A stretch of DNA of 64,000 nucleotides. Source: a bacterium (lineage in GTDB: Bacteria; JAAXHH01). Of the stretch, positions 40,090 to 50,945 are shown piece after piece (position 1 is the stretch's first letter; every line of letters starts with the position of its first letter). The DNA is taken from positions 461,537-525,536 of the forward strand of contig CBDETH010000008.1 of the NCBI GenBank assembly GCA_965242885.1, given 5' to 3'. The notes below the pieces were generated by a model. That model was given only the letters and a program-made list of their open reading frames with translations, had not been told where the DNA came from and ran no database searches. Position numbers and translations under genes: made by a program.

Positions 40090-40688
40090 TGTCGTCTCCC
40101 GTTTATCGTACGTTACTCATTGCTGTTAAAGTTGATGCGAAACGGCACCGTTCTATATGTCCTCCTTTCCCGTCCAGTGCATTGCGCGTAGTGGACAGTC
40201 GTTTAACTGTCGCAGATTGTGTGGATATCAGTATCACCCGACCTGAATCATCCTTAAGCGGGCGGTTTCATTCAAGTCATCTAAGCACTATTAACTACTG
40301 TTTGGTGTAATTTATACTTCGATTAATCTAAGTCAATAGTTTTTTGTGTTTTAAATCGGATAGACCGTTCCAGGCCGGAAGCACGGGGGCGAGAGATCCT
40401 TGTACGCATGTAGGCAGGCCACGGCGATACCGACCTCTGCGGACACCCGGAACCTCACGGATGGAAACGCGAAGGCACAATCGCAGTCAGTACGATATTA
40501 TTAATTAAATAAGTGGTAGTTTATGTATCCGAGAGTGCCGTGAGATCTTCCCGATACTCGTCATGGCACGGTTACACGCAGAGGAAGGTCTGTGGATCTG
40601 AAGAAATTTCTGCCGGGGAATGATAAACGGGGAACGTCGTCCGCCGTACGGGGAGAAGGACCTGCGGTCCCTGGCGAGGAACGTTTGC

Positions 40689-41702
40689 CTATGACCTTGG
40701 CGCTATCCCGATGCCCGGTCCATCCGGCAGCACCAGGCGTCCCTGCCGAACGGTTGCCCCGGTGAAGGGATCGTTGGAAATCAACAGGTTGCCGTCCAGG
40801 TCGGCATAGTCGGCCAAGGGGGAGAGGTGGGCCGCGGCGGTGATGGCGACGGAGGTTTCGATCATGCATCCGATCATGACGCCCATCCCGTGGGCCCGGG
40901 CGGTGTGGATGAGGCGAAGCGCTTCGCGGACCCCGCCGCATTTCATCAGCTTAATATTGACGCCGTCCACCAGGCCGGCCATGGCGGGCACGTCCGGGGA
41001 GACCAGCACACTTTCGTCGGCGAAGACCGGCATGGACGCGGCCTCCCGCACCCTGTGCCAGTCCGCGGGCGAACCGGAGGGCAGGGGCTGCTCCACGAGT
41101 TCCACGCCGAACTCGGACAGGCGGCCGACCATTTCCACAGCCTGGTCCGCCGTCCACCCCGCGTTGGCGTCGATCCGGATGCGCGCATCCGTTTCATCCC
41201 GGATCGCACGCATGATATCGAGGTCCTTTTCCGAACCGAGCTTAATCTTCAACGCCGGGTATCCGGCGGCCTCACGTACCTTGCGGCGGACGGCAGCCGG
41301 CTCGTCGATGCCGATGGTGAATGAAGTGACGGGTGTTTTTGCGGGATCGAGACCGAGCCACCGGTAAAGCGGTACGCCGAGCCGCTGTGCGGCCAGGTCG
41401 TGCAGTGCGATATCCACGGCCGCGCGGGCCGAGGGATCGCCCGGAAGCGCGGACGCGAGGCGATCGGTTGTTTTTTCGAGTTCGAATGGATCACCGCCGA
41501 GGAGAGACGGCACTTTCTCCAGCGCCCGGATGACCGAACCGGCGTCTTCCCCGTAGTAGCGGGATGGGGCGGCTTCACCCGTGCCGGTCAGCTCGCCGTC
41601 GGAGACGCGCACGAGCACGTTTTGCTTGTGATCGCTGACCTCGCGGGCGATGCGGAATGGATGGATGAGGTCCAGGCGGACCGTTTCGGTACTCAGCCGC
41701 AT
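40689..41702 (-). CDS. L-Ala-D/L-Glu dipeptide epimerase (enolase superfamily)
   Basis: KIKLG, IDANAGW, EQP, ADES, NIKLMKCGG, GCMIE and DLDG. Confidence 0.9.
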   Translation of the reverse strand: MRLSTETVRLDLIHPFRIAREVSDHKQNVLVRVSDGELTGTGEAAPSRYYGEDAGSVIRALEKVPSLLGGDPFELEKTTDRLASALPGDPSARAAVDIALHDLAAQRLGVPLYRWLGLDPAKTPVTSFTIGIDEPAAVRRKVREAAGYPALKIKLGSEKDLDIMRAIRDETDARIRIDANAGWTADQAVEMVGRLSEFGVELVEQPLPSGSPADWHRVREAASMPVFADESVLVSPDVPAMAGLVDGVNIKLMKCGGVREALRLIHTARAHGMGVMIGCMIETSVAITAAAHLSPLADYADLDGNLLISNDPFTGATVRQGRLVLPDGPGIGIAPRS

Positions 41703-41714
41703 GAAGCTCCCCGC

Positions 41715-42362
41715 TCAGAAACTGCTGAAGATTTCGCTCATCAGTTGCAGGCTGATCTGGGCAGGCACGGCGATCCAGGTCCGGATGATACCCAGGCGGA
41801 GCATCTGGTCCGCGATGATCAGGCCGATCAGCAGCATGGGGCCGTACATCTCCAGCTGGCCGTACCGCTGCGCCTGCGCCGGGGGCAGCAGTCCCTTCAG
41901 GACCCGCGACCCGTCCAGCGGGGGGATCGGCAGCATGTTGAAGAAGGCCAGCGCCAGGTTGATGATAATCCCGTACCGGATCATCTGGCGCAGCGTGTCG
42001 GTCAGGGCGCCGCCCGATGGCATGTGGGTGAAGATGCCCACCAGGATGAAGGCCAGGATGATATTGGACACCGGTCCGGCCAGGGCGATCCAGAGCATGT
42101 CCTTCCGTGGATTGCGCAGGTAGCGTGGATCCACCGGCACGGGTTTCGCCCAGCCGATGCCGAATCCGCTCATGACGGTGATGATCAGCATGATGGTGCC
42201 GGCCGGGTCGAGATGCACCAGGGGGTTAAGCGAAAGCCGCCCCATGCTGCGCGCCGTGGGGTCGCCCAGTTTAAACGCCGCCCAGGCATGGGCGTACTCG
42301 TGAAAGGTCAGGGCGAAGAGGATCGCCGGCATGGCGATGAACAGGATCGTAAAGTCGGGCAT
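41715..42362 (-). CDS. Site-2 protease (M50 family)
   Basis: HEYAH, GWAKPVPV, AGPVSN and FNMLPIPPLDG. SD AAGGAG. Confidence 0.92.
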   Translation of the reverse strand: MPDFTILFIAMPAILFALTFHEYAHAWAAFKLGDPTARSMGRLSLNPLVHLDPAGTIMLIITVMSGFGIGWAKPVPVDPRYLRNPRKDMLWIALAGPVSNIILAFILVGIFTHMPSGGALTDTLRQMIRYGIIINLALAFFNMLPIPPLDGSRVLKGLLPPAQAQRYGQLEMYGPMLLIGLIIADQMLRLGIIRTWIAVPAQISLQLMSEIFSSF

Positions 42363-42393
42363 GGATACTCCTTTAATGTGACAGCGGATCCAT

Positions 42394-43686
42394 TCAGGAT
42401 TCGGGGCGGTGAAGGCGCGCACCGAGATCCCGCGCGGCGCTTCGTTCCTCCTCCGCTGTACCGATTTCGCCGTTTATCTTCATCGAGAGCACGCCCTCCA
42501 GGATCCGGCCGTATGCCGGACCCTCCGCGATGCCCAGGTCCTTGAGCGTGCCTCCGTCGATGGACAGGCGCAGGTGCCGGTGCTGGTGGTAATAGGTTTC
42601 GCAACGCTTCCGCATGCCTTCGTTCGGGTGGGTCAGGGTGACGAACAGCATGGTGTCCTCCGATATCGATCGCACCGCACGGAAAAAGTCCGCCGGCGTG
42701 TCGATCTCCCCCGACTCGACCGCCCGCTCCACGTCGGACCACCGGGACATGTCCTCGATGGCCTTCCTGAGACGCCGGTTGGGCTTCAGCCGGTCCACGA
42801 CGCCCTGCAAGGTCTCCGCCCGGTGCGGGCCGAACAGCGCCACCAGGTACAGGATCCACCAGCCGTCGCCGGCCGGAGACGCCGGGCCGCCGGACGGGCC
42901 GGACGGGTCGGACGGGCTGATCTCCCGGACCAGCGCCTTCAGTCCTTCATCGGATCCGAGGGCGGGGTGGATGGCCCTCAGGACCTCGAGTCCTTCCAGC
43001 CGGTTGAAGACCAGCCAGGGATCCGGCTCAAAGCAGACCAGTTTCAACTGCTCGAGTAACCGGGGTCCGGAGAGGTTCCCGATCATACCTCCGGCGACCG
43101 CTTCCCGGAACCTCCGTTCCGTCCCGCGCTCGAGCCTGAACCGAAGGCGCTGTTCGAACCGGACGGCACGGAAGAGGCGGGTCGGATCGTCGATGAAGCT
43201 CCGGTCGTGGAGAATGCGGACCCGTTTCTTCCGCAGGTCGGACCTGCCGTCGAACGGATCGACCAGTTCGCCGAAACTCCGCCCGTTCAGCGAGACCGCC
43301 ATGGCGTTGATCGTGAAATCCCGCCGCGCCAGGTCCACGTCCATCGTCGCGGACGCCACCCTGGGCAGCGCGCCCGGACGCTCGTAGGTCTCGCTGCGGG
43401 CCGTGGCCACGTCCAGGCTGTGGCCTTCGGGCATTTCCACGGTGGCCGTCAGGAACCGGGCATTCGGTGTGGAACGGGCTCCGGACGCCCGGGCCAGCCG
43501 GGCGGCGAATCCCATGCCGTCTCCTTCCACGGCCAGGTCGATGTCCGTCCTGGCACGTCCCAGCAGCAGGTCCCGCACGGTCCCGCCGACCAGGTACAGC
43601 GCCAGTCCCGATTCATCGGCCAGGTGGCCGGCCCGGCGCAATTGCCCGCGGATACCCTCCGGCAGTTGGTCGATGGCTTCTTTCAT
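42394..43686 (-). CDS. tRNA nucleotidyltransferase / poly(A) polymerase family (CCA-adding-like)
   Basis: VGGTVRDLLLG..DIDL, DLARRDFTINAMA and SFIDDPTRLFRAVRF. Confidence 0.88.
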   Translation of the reverse strand: MKEAIDQLPEGIRGQLRRAGHLADESGLALYLVGGTVRDLLLGRARTDIDLAVEGDGMGFAARLARASGARSTPNARFLTATVEMPEGHSLDVATARSETYERPGALPRVASATMDVDLARRDFTINAMAVSLNGRSFGELVDPFDGRSDLRKKRVRILHDRSFIDDPTRLFRAVRFEQRLRFRLERGTERRFREAVAGGMIGNLSGPRLLEQLKLVCFEPDPWLVFNRLEGLEVLRAIHPALGSDEGLKALVREISPSDPSGPSGGPASPAGDGWWILYLVALFGPHRAETLQGVVDRLKPNRRLRKAIEDMSRWSDVERAVESGEIDTPADFFRAVRSISEDTMLFVTLTHPNEGMRKRCETYYHQHRHLRLSIDGGTLKDLGIAEGPAYGRILEGVLSMKINGEIGTAEEERSAARDLGARLHRPES

Positions 43687-43711
43687 GTCCTTTCCGATCG
43701 GGGCAGCGGGA

Positions 43712-44395
43712 TCAGTCTTCCTTCAGAAACCGGTGGACGATGACGCGGTTGTCCTTGCTTTCGAATTTCACCTTTCGGGGCTGCGCGCTGTGACGGTATC
43801 CCCGGGCGATCATGGATTCGACGAAGGGGGCGGCCGCCCGGCGTTCGGGATCGCTCGCGAGGAACATGCCGCCCGGTTCCAGCGTTTCGTGGAGCAGGCG
43901 CTGGATCGGGTCGTGGTTCGGCCTTTCGTACAGGATGTCCGAGCCGATTACAATGGTGTACTTGCGGTCGAGATCCGGGTTTCTCCAGTCCAGGAAGCGG
44001 AAGGATACGCGCCCATCCAGGGCGTTCAGCCGGGCGTTGTACCGGGCGAAGGCCAGGGCGTCTTCTTCATAATCGCACGCGGTGACCGCCAGTCCGGCCG
44101 CGGCCGCGGCGATACCGGCCAGGCCGATGCCGCAGCCCAGTTCCAGGATCCGGGAACCGGCGGGCGCGGGGTACTCGAACAGGTGACGTCCAAGACCGAT
44201 CGCCGAGGGCCAGATCTCCGCCCAGTAGGGCAGGCGTTCATCCTCATCGTAGATTTCCGGATCGATTTCGTCGATGAGCACATCGGGATCGCGTACCGCC
44301 AGCATGTCCAGGTTCACCCACTTGCCTATGGCTATGGACTTGAAACAGACGTCGTAACGGCGGGCCAGCTCGGCGGGTACGGCGAACGGTGGCAT
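43712..44395 (-). CDS. Putative protein-lysine methyltransferase-like SAM-dependent methyltransferase
   Basis: RLPYWAEIWPS, LELGCGIGL, LDWR and GSDILYE. Confidence 0.82.
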   Translation of the reverse strand: MPPFAVPAELARRYDVCFKSIAIGKWVNLDMLAVRDPDVLIDEIDPEIYDEDERLPYWAEIWPSAIGLGRHLFEYPAPAGSRILELGCGIGLAGIAAAAAGLAVTACDYEEDALAFARYNARLNALDGRVSFRFLDWRNPDLDRKYTIVIGSDILYERPNHDPIQRLLHETLEPGGMFLASDPERRAAAPFVESMIARGYRHSAQPRKVKFESKDNRVIVHRFLKED

Positions 44396-44444
44396 GGCCT
44401 TTGAACTTAAGGGAGAACCGGTCCGCGGTCAAACGAATTCAGGC

Positions 44445-44473
44445 TTGACAGGCCATGGCTCGCCGGCTATTAT
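44445..44473 (+). promoter_or_regulatory. Sigma70-type promoter upstream of the ferredoxin gene
   Basis: TTGACA-N17-TATTAT. Confidence 0.6.
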
Positions 44474-44590
44474 ACTACGGTATTTTCGCGGCGACACCGT
44501 TGCCCGGTTTGTTTGTTCCCGACGGTACCGGGTTCGACGCATCTTCAAGCTGGTTTGTTTCAAGACAGCGTGTTTAGCGAGGAGACTCGG

Positions 44591-44836
44591 ATGACTTACA
44601 TTATCGCAGAGCCATGCATTGACGTAATGGACAAGGGCTGTGTCGATGTATGCCCGGTGGACTGCATTCACACCAAGGACGGCGAACGGATGCTGTACAT
44701 CGATCCGGAAGAGTGCATAGACTGCGGCGCCTGCGAACCCGAATGTCCGGTTGAGGCCATTTTCGCCGAAGAAGACACTCCGGACGAATGGCAGAACTAC
44801 ATCCAGATCAACGCGGATTTCTTCACGGACGACTGA
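44591..44836 (+). CDS. fdxA: 7Fe/8Fe dicluster ferredoxin
   Basis: MTYIIAEPC..DKGCVDVCPVDCI and CIDCGACEPECP. SD GAGGAG. Confidence 0.9.
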   Translation: MTYIIAEPCIDVMDKGCVDVCPVDCIHTKDGERMLYIDPEECIDCGACEPECPVEAIFAEEDTPDEWQNYIQINADFFTDD

Positions 44837-45073
44837 CGGCCCTGCGCCGATCAAGCCAGGGCGGAGCGCCCGCCAGCGCACGCTATTTGCACACCAGAGC
44901 CCGTCGATTCCGCCCGGTTCCGTCCGGTCCCGCCTGATCTCGCCCGCCGCTCCACGGCAACCGGGCCCTGCGGCAGGGTCCGCCTTCATGTCCTCTTCAC
45001 CATCGATATTGCCCACCGAAGAGGACACGCAGTACGCAGCCATTCCACAAACCCACGGTAACGGTCTCCATTC

Positions 45074-45931
45074 ATGAAGGCACGCACCGTCAAGAACTTC
45101 CTGCTGGCCCTGTCCTGTCCCAAGCGCACGGGACTGATCTACACCGTGACCCGCTGGCTGGCGGAACAGGGTTGCCACGTCATCGAAAGCGACACGTACA
45201 TCGATCCGTTCAGCGAACGGTTCTTCATGCGAGTGCATTTCGGCGGTCCGGTAACGCTGGGGTCCCTGTGGCGGACCTTCGCGCCCCTGGCGGACGAACT
45301 CGAGATGCAGTGGGACCTGTCCGCCGACGATACGCGGCCACGGGCGCTCATCATGGTGTCGCGGGAACTGCACTGCCTGCTGGACCTGCTGAACCGCACC
45401 CGCATGGACAAGCTTCGGCTGGATATCCCGCTGATCATCTCCAATCACCCGGACGCCGGACAACTGGCGAAGGAATCGGGCATCGACTTCCTGCACCTGC
45501 CCGTCACGCCGGAGAACAAGGAGGAGCAGGAGGAGCGGCTGATCGACGAGATCGAGGAGAACAACATCGATTTCGTCGTGCTGGCCCGTTACATGCGGAT
45601 CATCGGTCCCGAGGTCTGCGAGCGGATGGCGGGACGCATCATCAACATCCACCACTCCTTCCTGCCGGGATTCAAGGGCGCCCGACCCTACCACCAGGCC
45701 CATCGGCGCGGCGTGAAGCTGATCGGCGCCACCGCCCACTACGTGACGGCCGACCTCGACGAAGGACCGATCATCGAGCAGGACGTGGAGGCCGTGACCC
45801 ATCGCATGTCTCCGGCGGAACTGACGGCCGTGGGTCACGACATCGAACGCATCGTGCTGGCGCGGGCCGTACTCTACCACATACAGCGGCGCGTGTTGAT
45901 CAACGGACACCGAACCGTGGTGTTCCGGTAA
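45074..45931 (+). CDS. purU: Formyltetrahydrofolate deformylase
   Basis: N-terminal ACT domain, ISNH, VLARYM, INIHHSFLPGFKGARPY and GATAHYVT.DLDEGPIIEQ. Confidence 0.95.
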   Translation: MKARTVKNFLLALSCPKRTGLIYTVTRWLAEQGCHVIESDTYIDPFSERFFMRVHFGGPVTLGSLWRTFAPLADELEMQWDLSADDTRPRALIMVSRELHCLLDLLNRTRMDKLRLDIPLIISNHPDAGQLAKESGIDFLHLPVTPENKEEQEERLIDEIEENNIDFVVLARYMRIIGPEVCERMAGRIINIHHSFLPGFKGARPYHQAHRRGVKLIGATAHYVTADLDEGPIIEQDVEAVTHRMSPAELTAVGHDIERIVLARAVLYHIQRRVLINGHRTVVFR

Positions 45932-45966
45932 TGTTCAGGGATTAAAGACCGACCGGGTCCGCGGGC

Positions 45967-46959
45967 TCAGGCGTACTGGTCCATCAGGGCGTCGATGGTC
46001 GCCTGCTCGTCGCCGTAGGCCTTGGCGTACACGTCCTGCAGCTTGTCGGTATAGGTGCGGTACACGTCCTGGAAGAACACGCCGCTGTGGAAGACGCCGT
46101 CGCCGACCTCTTCCATGGCCATGTCGATCGCCTTGATCCGGTCGCCGGTGTCCCAGTCGTCCGGCAAGGGCATGAAAGACTCTTTCCAGGGGTCGTAGGT
46201 GTTGTAGAAGGTGGGGCAGGGACTCATCGCGTGGACGAAGGCGAACCCGGGGTGATCGAGCCCCCGACCGATGATTTTCGCCATTTCCGACGCCTGGCTG
46301 GAGAACGTGCGCGCAACGAAACTGCAACCATACACGATTATCATGGCCAGGATGTTCAGCTGGCCTTCCAGCACCCCTTCGTAGGGCGCCATCTTGGGCA
46401 TGGAAACGCTCCGCCGCAGCGCCTGCATCCCCGTGGGCGTGCTGGGTGACGGCTGGCCCTTGGTCAGACCGTACACCTGGTTGTCCATCACGATGTAGGT
46501 GATGTCCTGGTTGCGTCGAACGGCATGGGGCACGTGGCCGCCGCCGATGGCGAAACCGTCGCCGTCTCCGCCGACGGCGATGACGGTCAGGTCGGGATTG
46601 GCCGCCTTGACGCCTTGGGCCGCGGGCAGCGCCCGCCCGTGCACCACGTGCAGGCCGTAGGCATTGACGAATTCAGGCAGGCGGCCGGAACAGCCGATGC
46701 CCGACACGATGACCACGTCTTTAGGATCGAGGTTGCGTTCGGCAAGCGCGCGCTGCAGCGCGGCAAGCACGCCGAAATCCCCGCAGCCGGGACACCAGGT
46801 GGGCTTGACTTCGCTCCGGTAGTCCTTGAGCGTTCGTTTTGCGGCCGGCTTAGCCGGCTCTGACTGACTGGCCTGCTCGACCTGGCTGGCTTTCCCGGAC
46901 CGCGTGGATTGCTCGGGCACCGTGGTCCCGGCGGTGTCGGCCGTAGGTACTTCAGCCAT
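45967..46959 (-). CDS. korB: 2-oxoacid:ferredoxin oxidoreductase, beta subunit
   Basis: WCPGCGD, SGIGCS, HGR, GGDGD, DNQVYGLTKGQ and SPCPTF. Confidence 0.92.
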   Translation of the reverse strand: MAEVPTADTAGTTVPEQSTRSGKASQVEQASQSEPAKPAAKRTLKDYRSEVKPTWCPGCGDFGVLAALQRALAERNLDPKDVVIVSGIGCSGRLPEFVNAYGLHVVHGRALPAAQGVKAANPDLTVIAVGGDGDGFAIGGGHVPHAVRRNQDITYIVMDNQVYGLTKGQPSPSTPTGMQALRRSVSMPKMAPYEGVLEGQLNILAMIIVYGCSFVARTFSSQASEMAKIIGRGLDHPGFAFVHAMSPCPTFYNTYDPWKESFMPLPDDWDTGDRIKAIDMAMEEVGDGVFHSGVFFQDVYRTYTDKLQDVYAKAYGDEQATIDALMDQYA

Positions 46960-48691
46960 ACTGCACCACTCCTTCGATGTATTCCTCGATGTCGCCCGCC
47001 TTGAAGGGCAGTCCCGTTATGATATTGAACCGCTGGAGAGAAACGGCCAGGCGGCCCTGCAGGTAGTTCGCGAATTGCCCGCTGGCGTTCAGCTCCACCA
47101 CGGAAACCACCGGAATGGATTCGATGAAGGTGCGGGCCTCCTTCTCCGGCAGGGGATGGAGCATCTTGAAAATCAGGGCCGCGACCTTGTACCCCTTCGC
47201 CAGGGTCCGGTCCAGCGCTTCCAGAATGGGTCCTTCCGACGATCCCCAGCCGATCAGTCCGAGCTGGGCGTCCTCCGCGCCGTACCGCTGGACGAACCCG
47301 GGCTCGTTCACCGCGGATTCGATTTTCTGATGCCGCTTTTCGGTCATGCGGATATGGGCTTCGGGCGAGTAGTCGATGTGGGCGTGCTCGTCGTGTTCCA
47401 GGCCCGTGGCCACGTAGTGCTGACCATGGCGACCCGGCAGGGGCATGGGGGAGATGTAATCGTCCGTCATCTCGTACCGGTCGAACTCCTCGGGCGTGAC
47501 GCTGCCGTTCAGTTCGGGCTGCTTGCGCTCGACGATCTCGACCTGGCTCAGATCGGGGCGGGACATGACCTGCGCGCGCTGGGAGAGATGCTGGTCGCTG
47601 AGCAGGATGACCGGGGTCTGGTACTTCTCCGCGAGATTGAAGGCCTTGACCGCCGTGTAGAAACAGTCTTCGGTATTGGTCGCCGCGATCACGATGCGGG
47701 GCGCCTCGCCGTGGGCGCCGTGAATGGCCAGGTTCAGGTCCGACTGCTCCGTCTTGGTGGGCATGCCGGTACTCGGTCCGCCGCGCTGGACGTCGACGAC
47801 CACGAGGGGGATCTCCTCCATGGTCGCCAGGCCGAGGGCCTCGACCATGAGGGAAAGGCCCGGCCCCGCCGTGGCGGTCATCACCTTCGCGCCCGTGAAG
47901 GACGCGCCGATGGAAGCGGTGATGGCGGCGATCTCGTCTTCGGTCTGCATCAGGACGCCGCCCACCCTGGGCATCGCTTTCGCCAGCGTCTCCATGACGT
48001 CGCTGGCCGGCGTGATGGGATACCCGGCGTAGTACCGGCAACCGGCGGCCAGGGCGCCCATGCAGAGCGCGTCGTTCCCCGTCATGATCAGCTGGGCGTG
48101 CCCGTTCTTGCGTTCGACGGCGACCCGGAGGCCCAGGTCGATGCCGTTTTCGTCCACGTAGACATAGGCCTGCTTCAACGCGTTGATATTGGACTCGAGA
48201 AACTCCTTGCGACGGCCCCAACGGCTCTCGGCCACCATCTGTTTCGCCGAATCGAAGGGAATGCCCAGGCAGGCGGTCAGGATCCCGAAGGCCAGCACGT
48301 TCTTGGACTTCATCGTCTTGATGACGGTCTTCGTGATCGTCTGGAGCGGCACGCCGATCTGCGTCAGCGCCAGGCTCTCGTCCGCGTCGCATTCGTCCGG
48401 ATCGTAGATCACGACGCCGGTAGGCTTGACCTCGCCCACGTGAATGTCGTAGTTCTCCTGGTTCCAGACCATCAGGATGTCCAGGGCGTCGCCCGGCGAG
48501 CGCACGGGCGTGTCCTGCACCCTGACCTGGGTCATGGACGCGCCACCCTTGATTTCGGCGGGAAGGTTCTTGAAGGTATAGATGTGCAGTCCGGACCGGG
48601 CCAGCGCTTCGGCCAGCACGTCGCCGACGGTAAGCACGCCTTCGCCGTTCTCGCCGGCGATGCGTATAGTCAGGTCAAGCTGATCCATCAA
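46952..48691 (-). CDS. korA: 2-oxoacid:ferredoxin oxidoreductase, alpha(/gamma) subunit
   Basis: AEIKGG, AGYPITPAS, QTEDEIAA and QRGGPSTGMPTKTEQSD. Confidence 0.92.
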   Translation of the reverse strand: MMDQLDLTIRIAGENGEGVLTVGDVLAEALARSGLHIYTFKNLPAEIKGGASMTQVRVQDTPVRSPGDALDILMVWNQENYDIHVGEVKPTGVVIYDPDECDADESLALTQIGVPLQTITKTVIKTMKSKNVLAFGILTACLGIPFDSAKQMVAESRWGRRKEFLESNINALKQAYVYVDENGIDLGLRVAVERKNGHAQLIMTGNDALCMGALAAGCRYYAGYPITPASDVMETLAKAMPRVGGVLMQTEDEIAAITASIGASFTGAKVMTATAGPGLSLMVEALGLATMEEIPLVVVDVQRGGPSTGMPTKTEQSDLNLAIHGAHGEAPRIVIAATNTEDCFYTAVKAFNLAEKYQTPVILLSDQHLSQRAQVMSRPDLSQVEIVERKQPELNGSVTPEEFDRYEMTDDYISPMPLPGRHGQHYVATGLEHDEHAHIDYSPEAHIRMTEKRHQKIESAVNEPGFVQRYGAEDAQLGLIGWGSSEGPILEALDRTLAKGYKVAALIFKMLHPLPEKEARTFIESIPVVSVVELNASGQFANYLQGRLAVSLQRFNIITGLPFKAGDIEEYIEGVVQYG

Positions 48692-48839
48692 ACGGCCCTC
48701 GGCGATCTCCAGTCGGGTTCAAATCCACAAAACCATTTGATTATATGGGGTTAGGCACCCGAATGTCAATTTTATTCGTCATGGAATTGCAACAATTCCC
48801 GCACCTTCGCAAGCCGGGTGAACCGGCGGCGCGGAACGC

Positions 48840-50780
48840 CTACCAGCCGTGTATCCGGTGGCCCTGTCCCGGGAACCAGATGATGTCCACGAGGTTGGAC
48901 AGGACGAGCCCCGTGCAGAATCCGACCAGCATCCCCATGATCAGCGGCTGGGCGCGGCGGAACAGGCTGATTCCTCCGGACCGGAGCAGCAGGACCTTGA
49001 CCGCCCACGCGACGAAGAGGGTGAAGGCCCCGTTGTCGATCGCCACCCCGCGGGCAATGGTGAGTCCTACGGGATGCAGCGGCCAGCCCGGGAACTTGTA
49101 CCGGAGGAAGATCAGCACCATCATGACGAAACCTCCGAGGAAAAACCAGGCGGTCTCCATGACCGACAACCGGGTCGGGTTCTGTATCCATACCTTGACG
49201 CTCTCGAAGAAGTGGATGTTCCCGGTGGTGAACGCCCACTGGTCGAACTGAGACGCGCCGACGGTCTCATATCCTGAATAGACGGTGTATGCGGCGCCGA
49301 TCAGGAACGCCAGGGCGAAAGCCCCGCAGATCACGGCGAACATCAGCTTCTTGTCGGTCCAGACCCGGTCCCCGATCCGGGTGATGTGGGAAACGGAGAC
49401 CATGGTAAAGGTCTTCCAGTTCCGCGCGAAGGCGTTGGTCAGGCCAAAGACCGTGAGGGACGAAGGATCTATGCCGGAGGAGCCCACCCCGCGAATGAGA
49501 AACTCGTGGGAGTTCATGGGCAGGTCGAGGGCTACCAGGCCGGTCTCCGCCACGATCCGGGCCACGCCGACGTAGAAGATGAAGAGCAGAAACAGGAAGG
49601 GCGCCATGATGACAGGACTCATGCCGGCCATGTGCAGGAAGGCCGCCATGTAGGCGACGCCCAGCAACACGCCCAGGACGGCCGCCCGGTAGGAAAAGAA
49701 CTCCTCGGAATCGTCCACTTCCGGCGCCCGGCCGAGAGCCTTCCTCACCACGTCCCACAGGTGGCGACGGGCGATCCAGAACCCCCACAGCACGAATACG
49801 ATCAAGGCGCCGATTTCCTGCAGCCGCACCGCGGCGTCCGGCGAAGCCCCTGTTTCGAGCAGGCCCACGGCGTTCATGCCGCCGGACTCGAGGATGGCCA
49901 GCAGGTGGAAGACCCAGATGCTGAACAGGATGTCCACCGGGGAGAAAAGGGCGAAACAGAGGAGGTAGATGTTGATCTTGATCTTGATGGCGGGGAACAG
50001 GTGGCCGATGACGAGGTCCGTCGCGTAGGGCTGTCCGATGGGGATCACCCCGACCGGCGTGAAGTAGTCGACAATGTTCCAGCCGATCACGGCCAGCGGC
50101 AGCGAGAACCCGATCCAGAAGAGCCTTCCCCGCATGAAGGGCGGCAGGAACGAACGGCCGCCGGGCTCGTCGATGATCTGGGTGAGGACCTGGGCCAGCG
50201 GGAAGCTGAGTTTCTCGTGGACGATCCACTGTTTCCGCAGGATCACCACCAGGCAGGAACCCGCGAAGAAGAGGGCGATGAAGAACGTGCCCCACCAGAA
50301 GAGCGGGACGACCCAGGGGCGCCACGGCAGCCGGGCGTAGGCGGGCAGCCCTTCGTAGAACCAGCGTATGGTATGGTCCTCGGGATCGACCAGCAGCCAG
50401 GCCGGAAGGTATTGGAAGAAAACCTCTACCCACTGGTTTTCGGGCGATGCAAAATAGTACGGGGTGGTGATCACGCCGATGAAATAGCTCATGAATGCGT
50501 GGGACGGCACGGTGGACGCGATCAGGCCGAAGGCGAGGATGACGAGGAGTTCCGACGTGGTGAACGTGGCCGTGGGGCGGTACTTGCGCAGCAGTCCGTT
50601 CACGACGATGACGAAGAACAGGAAGGGCGCCATCAGGGACGCCGAGACGTGCTCGAAGTCCATGAACGTCCCGCGCACGACCCAGACGTTGTAGGGGATC
50701 CACAGGCTGATGAAAACGGCCAGGACGATCCCGATCAGGATCGAGCGCAGGGTCACGCGGCGGGGGTCTTGTGGTTGCAT
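48840..50780 (-). CDS. Large polytopic membrane protein (DUF6785/DUF6784-like, putative transporter)
   Basis: Many TM segments, YYFASPENQW, LRKQW..HEKLSFPL, RIVAETG and WPLHPVG. Confidence 0.7.
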   Translation of the reverse strand: MQPQDPRRVTLRSILIGIVLAVFISLWIPYNVWVVRGTFMDFEHVSASLMAPFLFFVIVVNGLLRKYRPTATFTTSELLVILAFGLIASTVPSHAFMSYFIGVITTPYYFASPENQWVEVFFQYLPAWLLVDPEDHTIRWFYEGLPAYARLPWRPWVVPLFWWGTFFIALFFAGSCLVVILRKQWIVHEKLSFPLAQVLTQIIDEPGGRSFLPPFMRGRLFWIGFSLPLAVIGWNIVDYFTPVGVIPIGQPYATDLVIGHLFPAIKIKINIYLLCFALFSPVDILFSIWVFHLLAILESGGMNAVGLLETGASPDAAVRLQEIGALIVFVLWGFWIARRHLWDVVRKALGRAPEVDDSEEFFSYRAAVLGVLLGVAYMAAFLHMAGMSPVIMAPFLFLLFIFYVGVARIVAETGLVALDLPMNSHEFLIRGVGSSGIDPSSLTVFGLTNAFARNWKTFTMVSVSHITRIGDRVWTDKKLMFAVICGAFALAFLIGAAYTVYSGYETVGASQFDQWAFTTGNIHFFESVKVWIQNPTRLSVMETAWFFLGGFVMMVLIFLRYKFPGWPLHPVGLTIARGVAIDNGAFTLFVAWAVKVLLLRSGGISLFRRAQPLIMGMLVGFCTGLVLSNLVDIIWFPGQGHRIHGW

Positions 50781-50814
50781 GTTCAGTCTAAGCCGGGTAC
50801 GGGTTTTCCGACCC

Positions 50815-50898
50815 GGGCCGGGCGCGCAGACCGGGCCTGACGCGCAGACCGGCCGGACGCGCAGCCTGGATCGTGACGCGCAGCCTGGACCGGACGCG
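50815..50898. repeat. Intergenic ~18-bp degenerate tandem repeat
   Basis: GACGCGCAG(A/C)C(C/T)GG units, about 4-5 copies. Confidence 0.65.
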
Positions 50899-50945
50899 TT
50901 TCGGGTCTTCGGTGTGCCGGACAGACCCCGGGGGGAACGGTCTTG

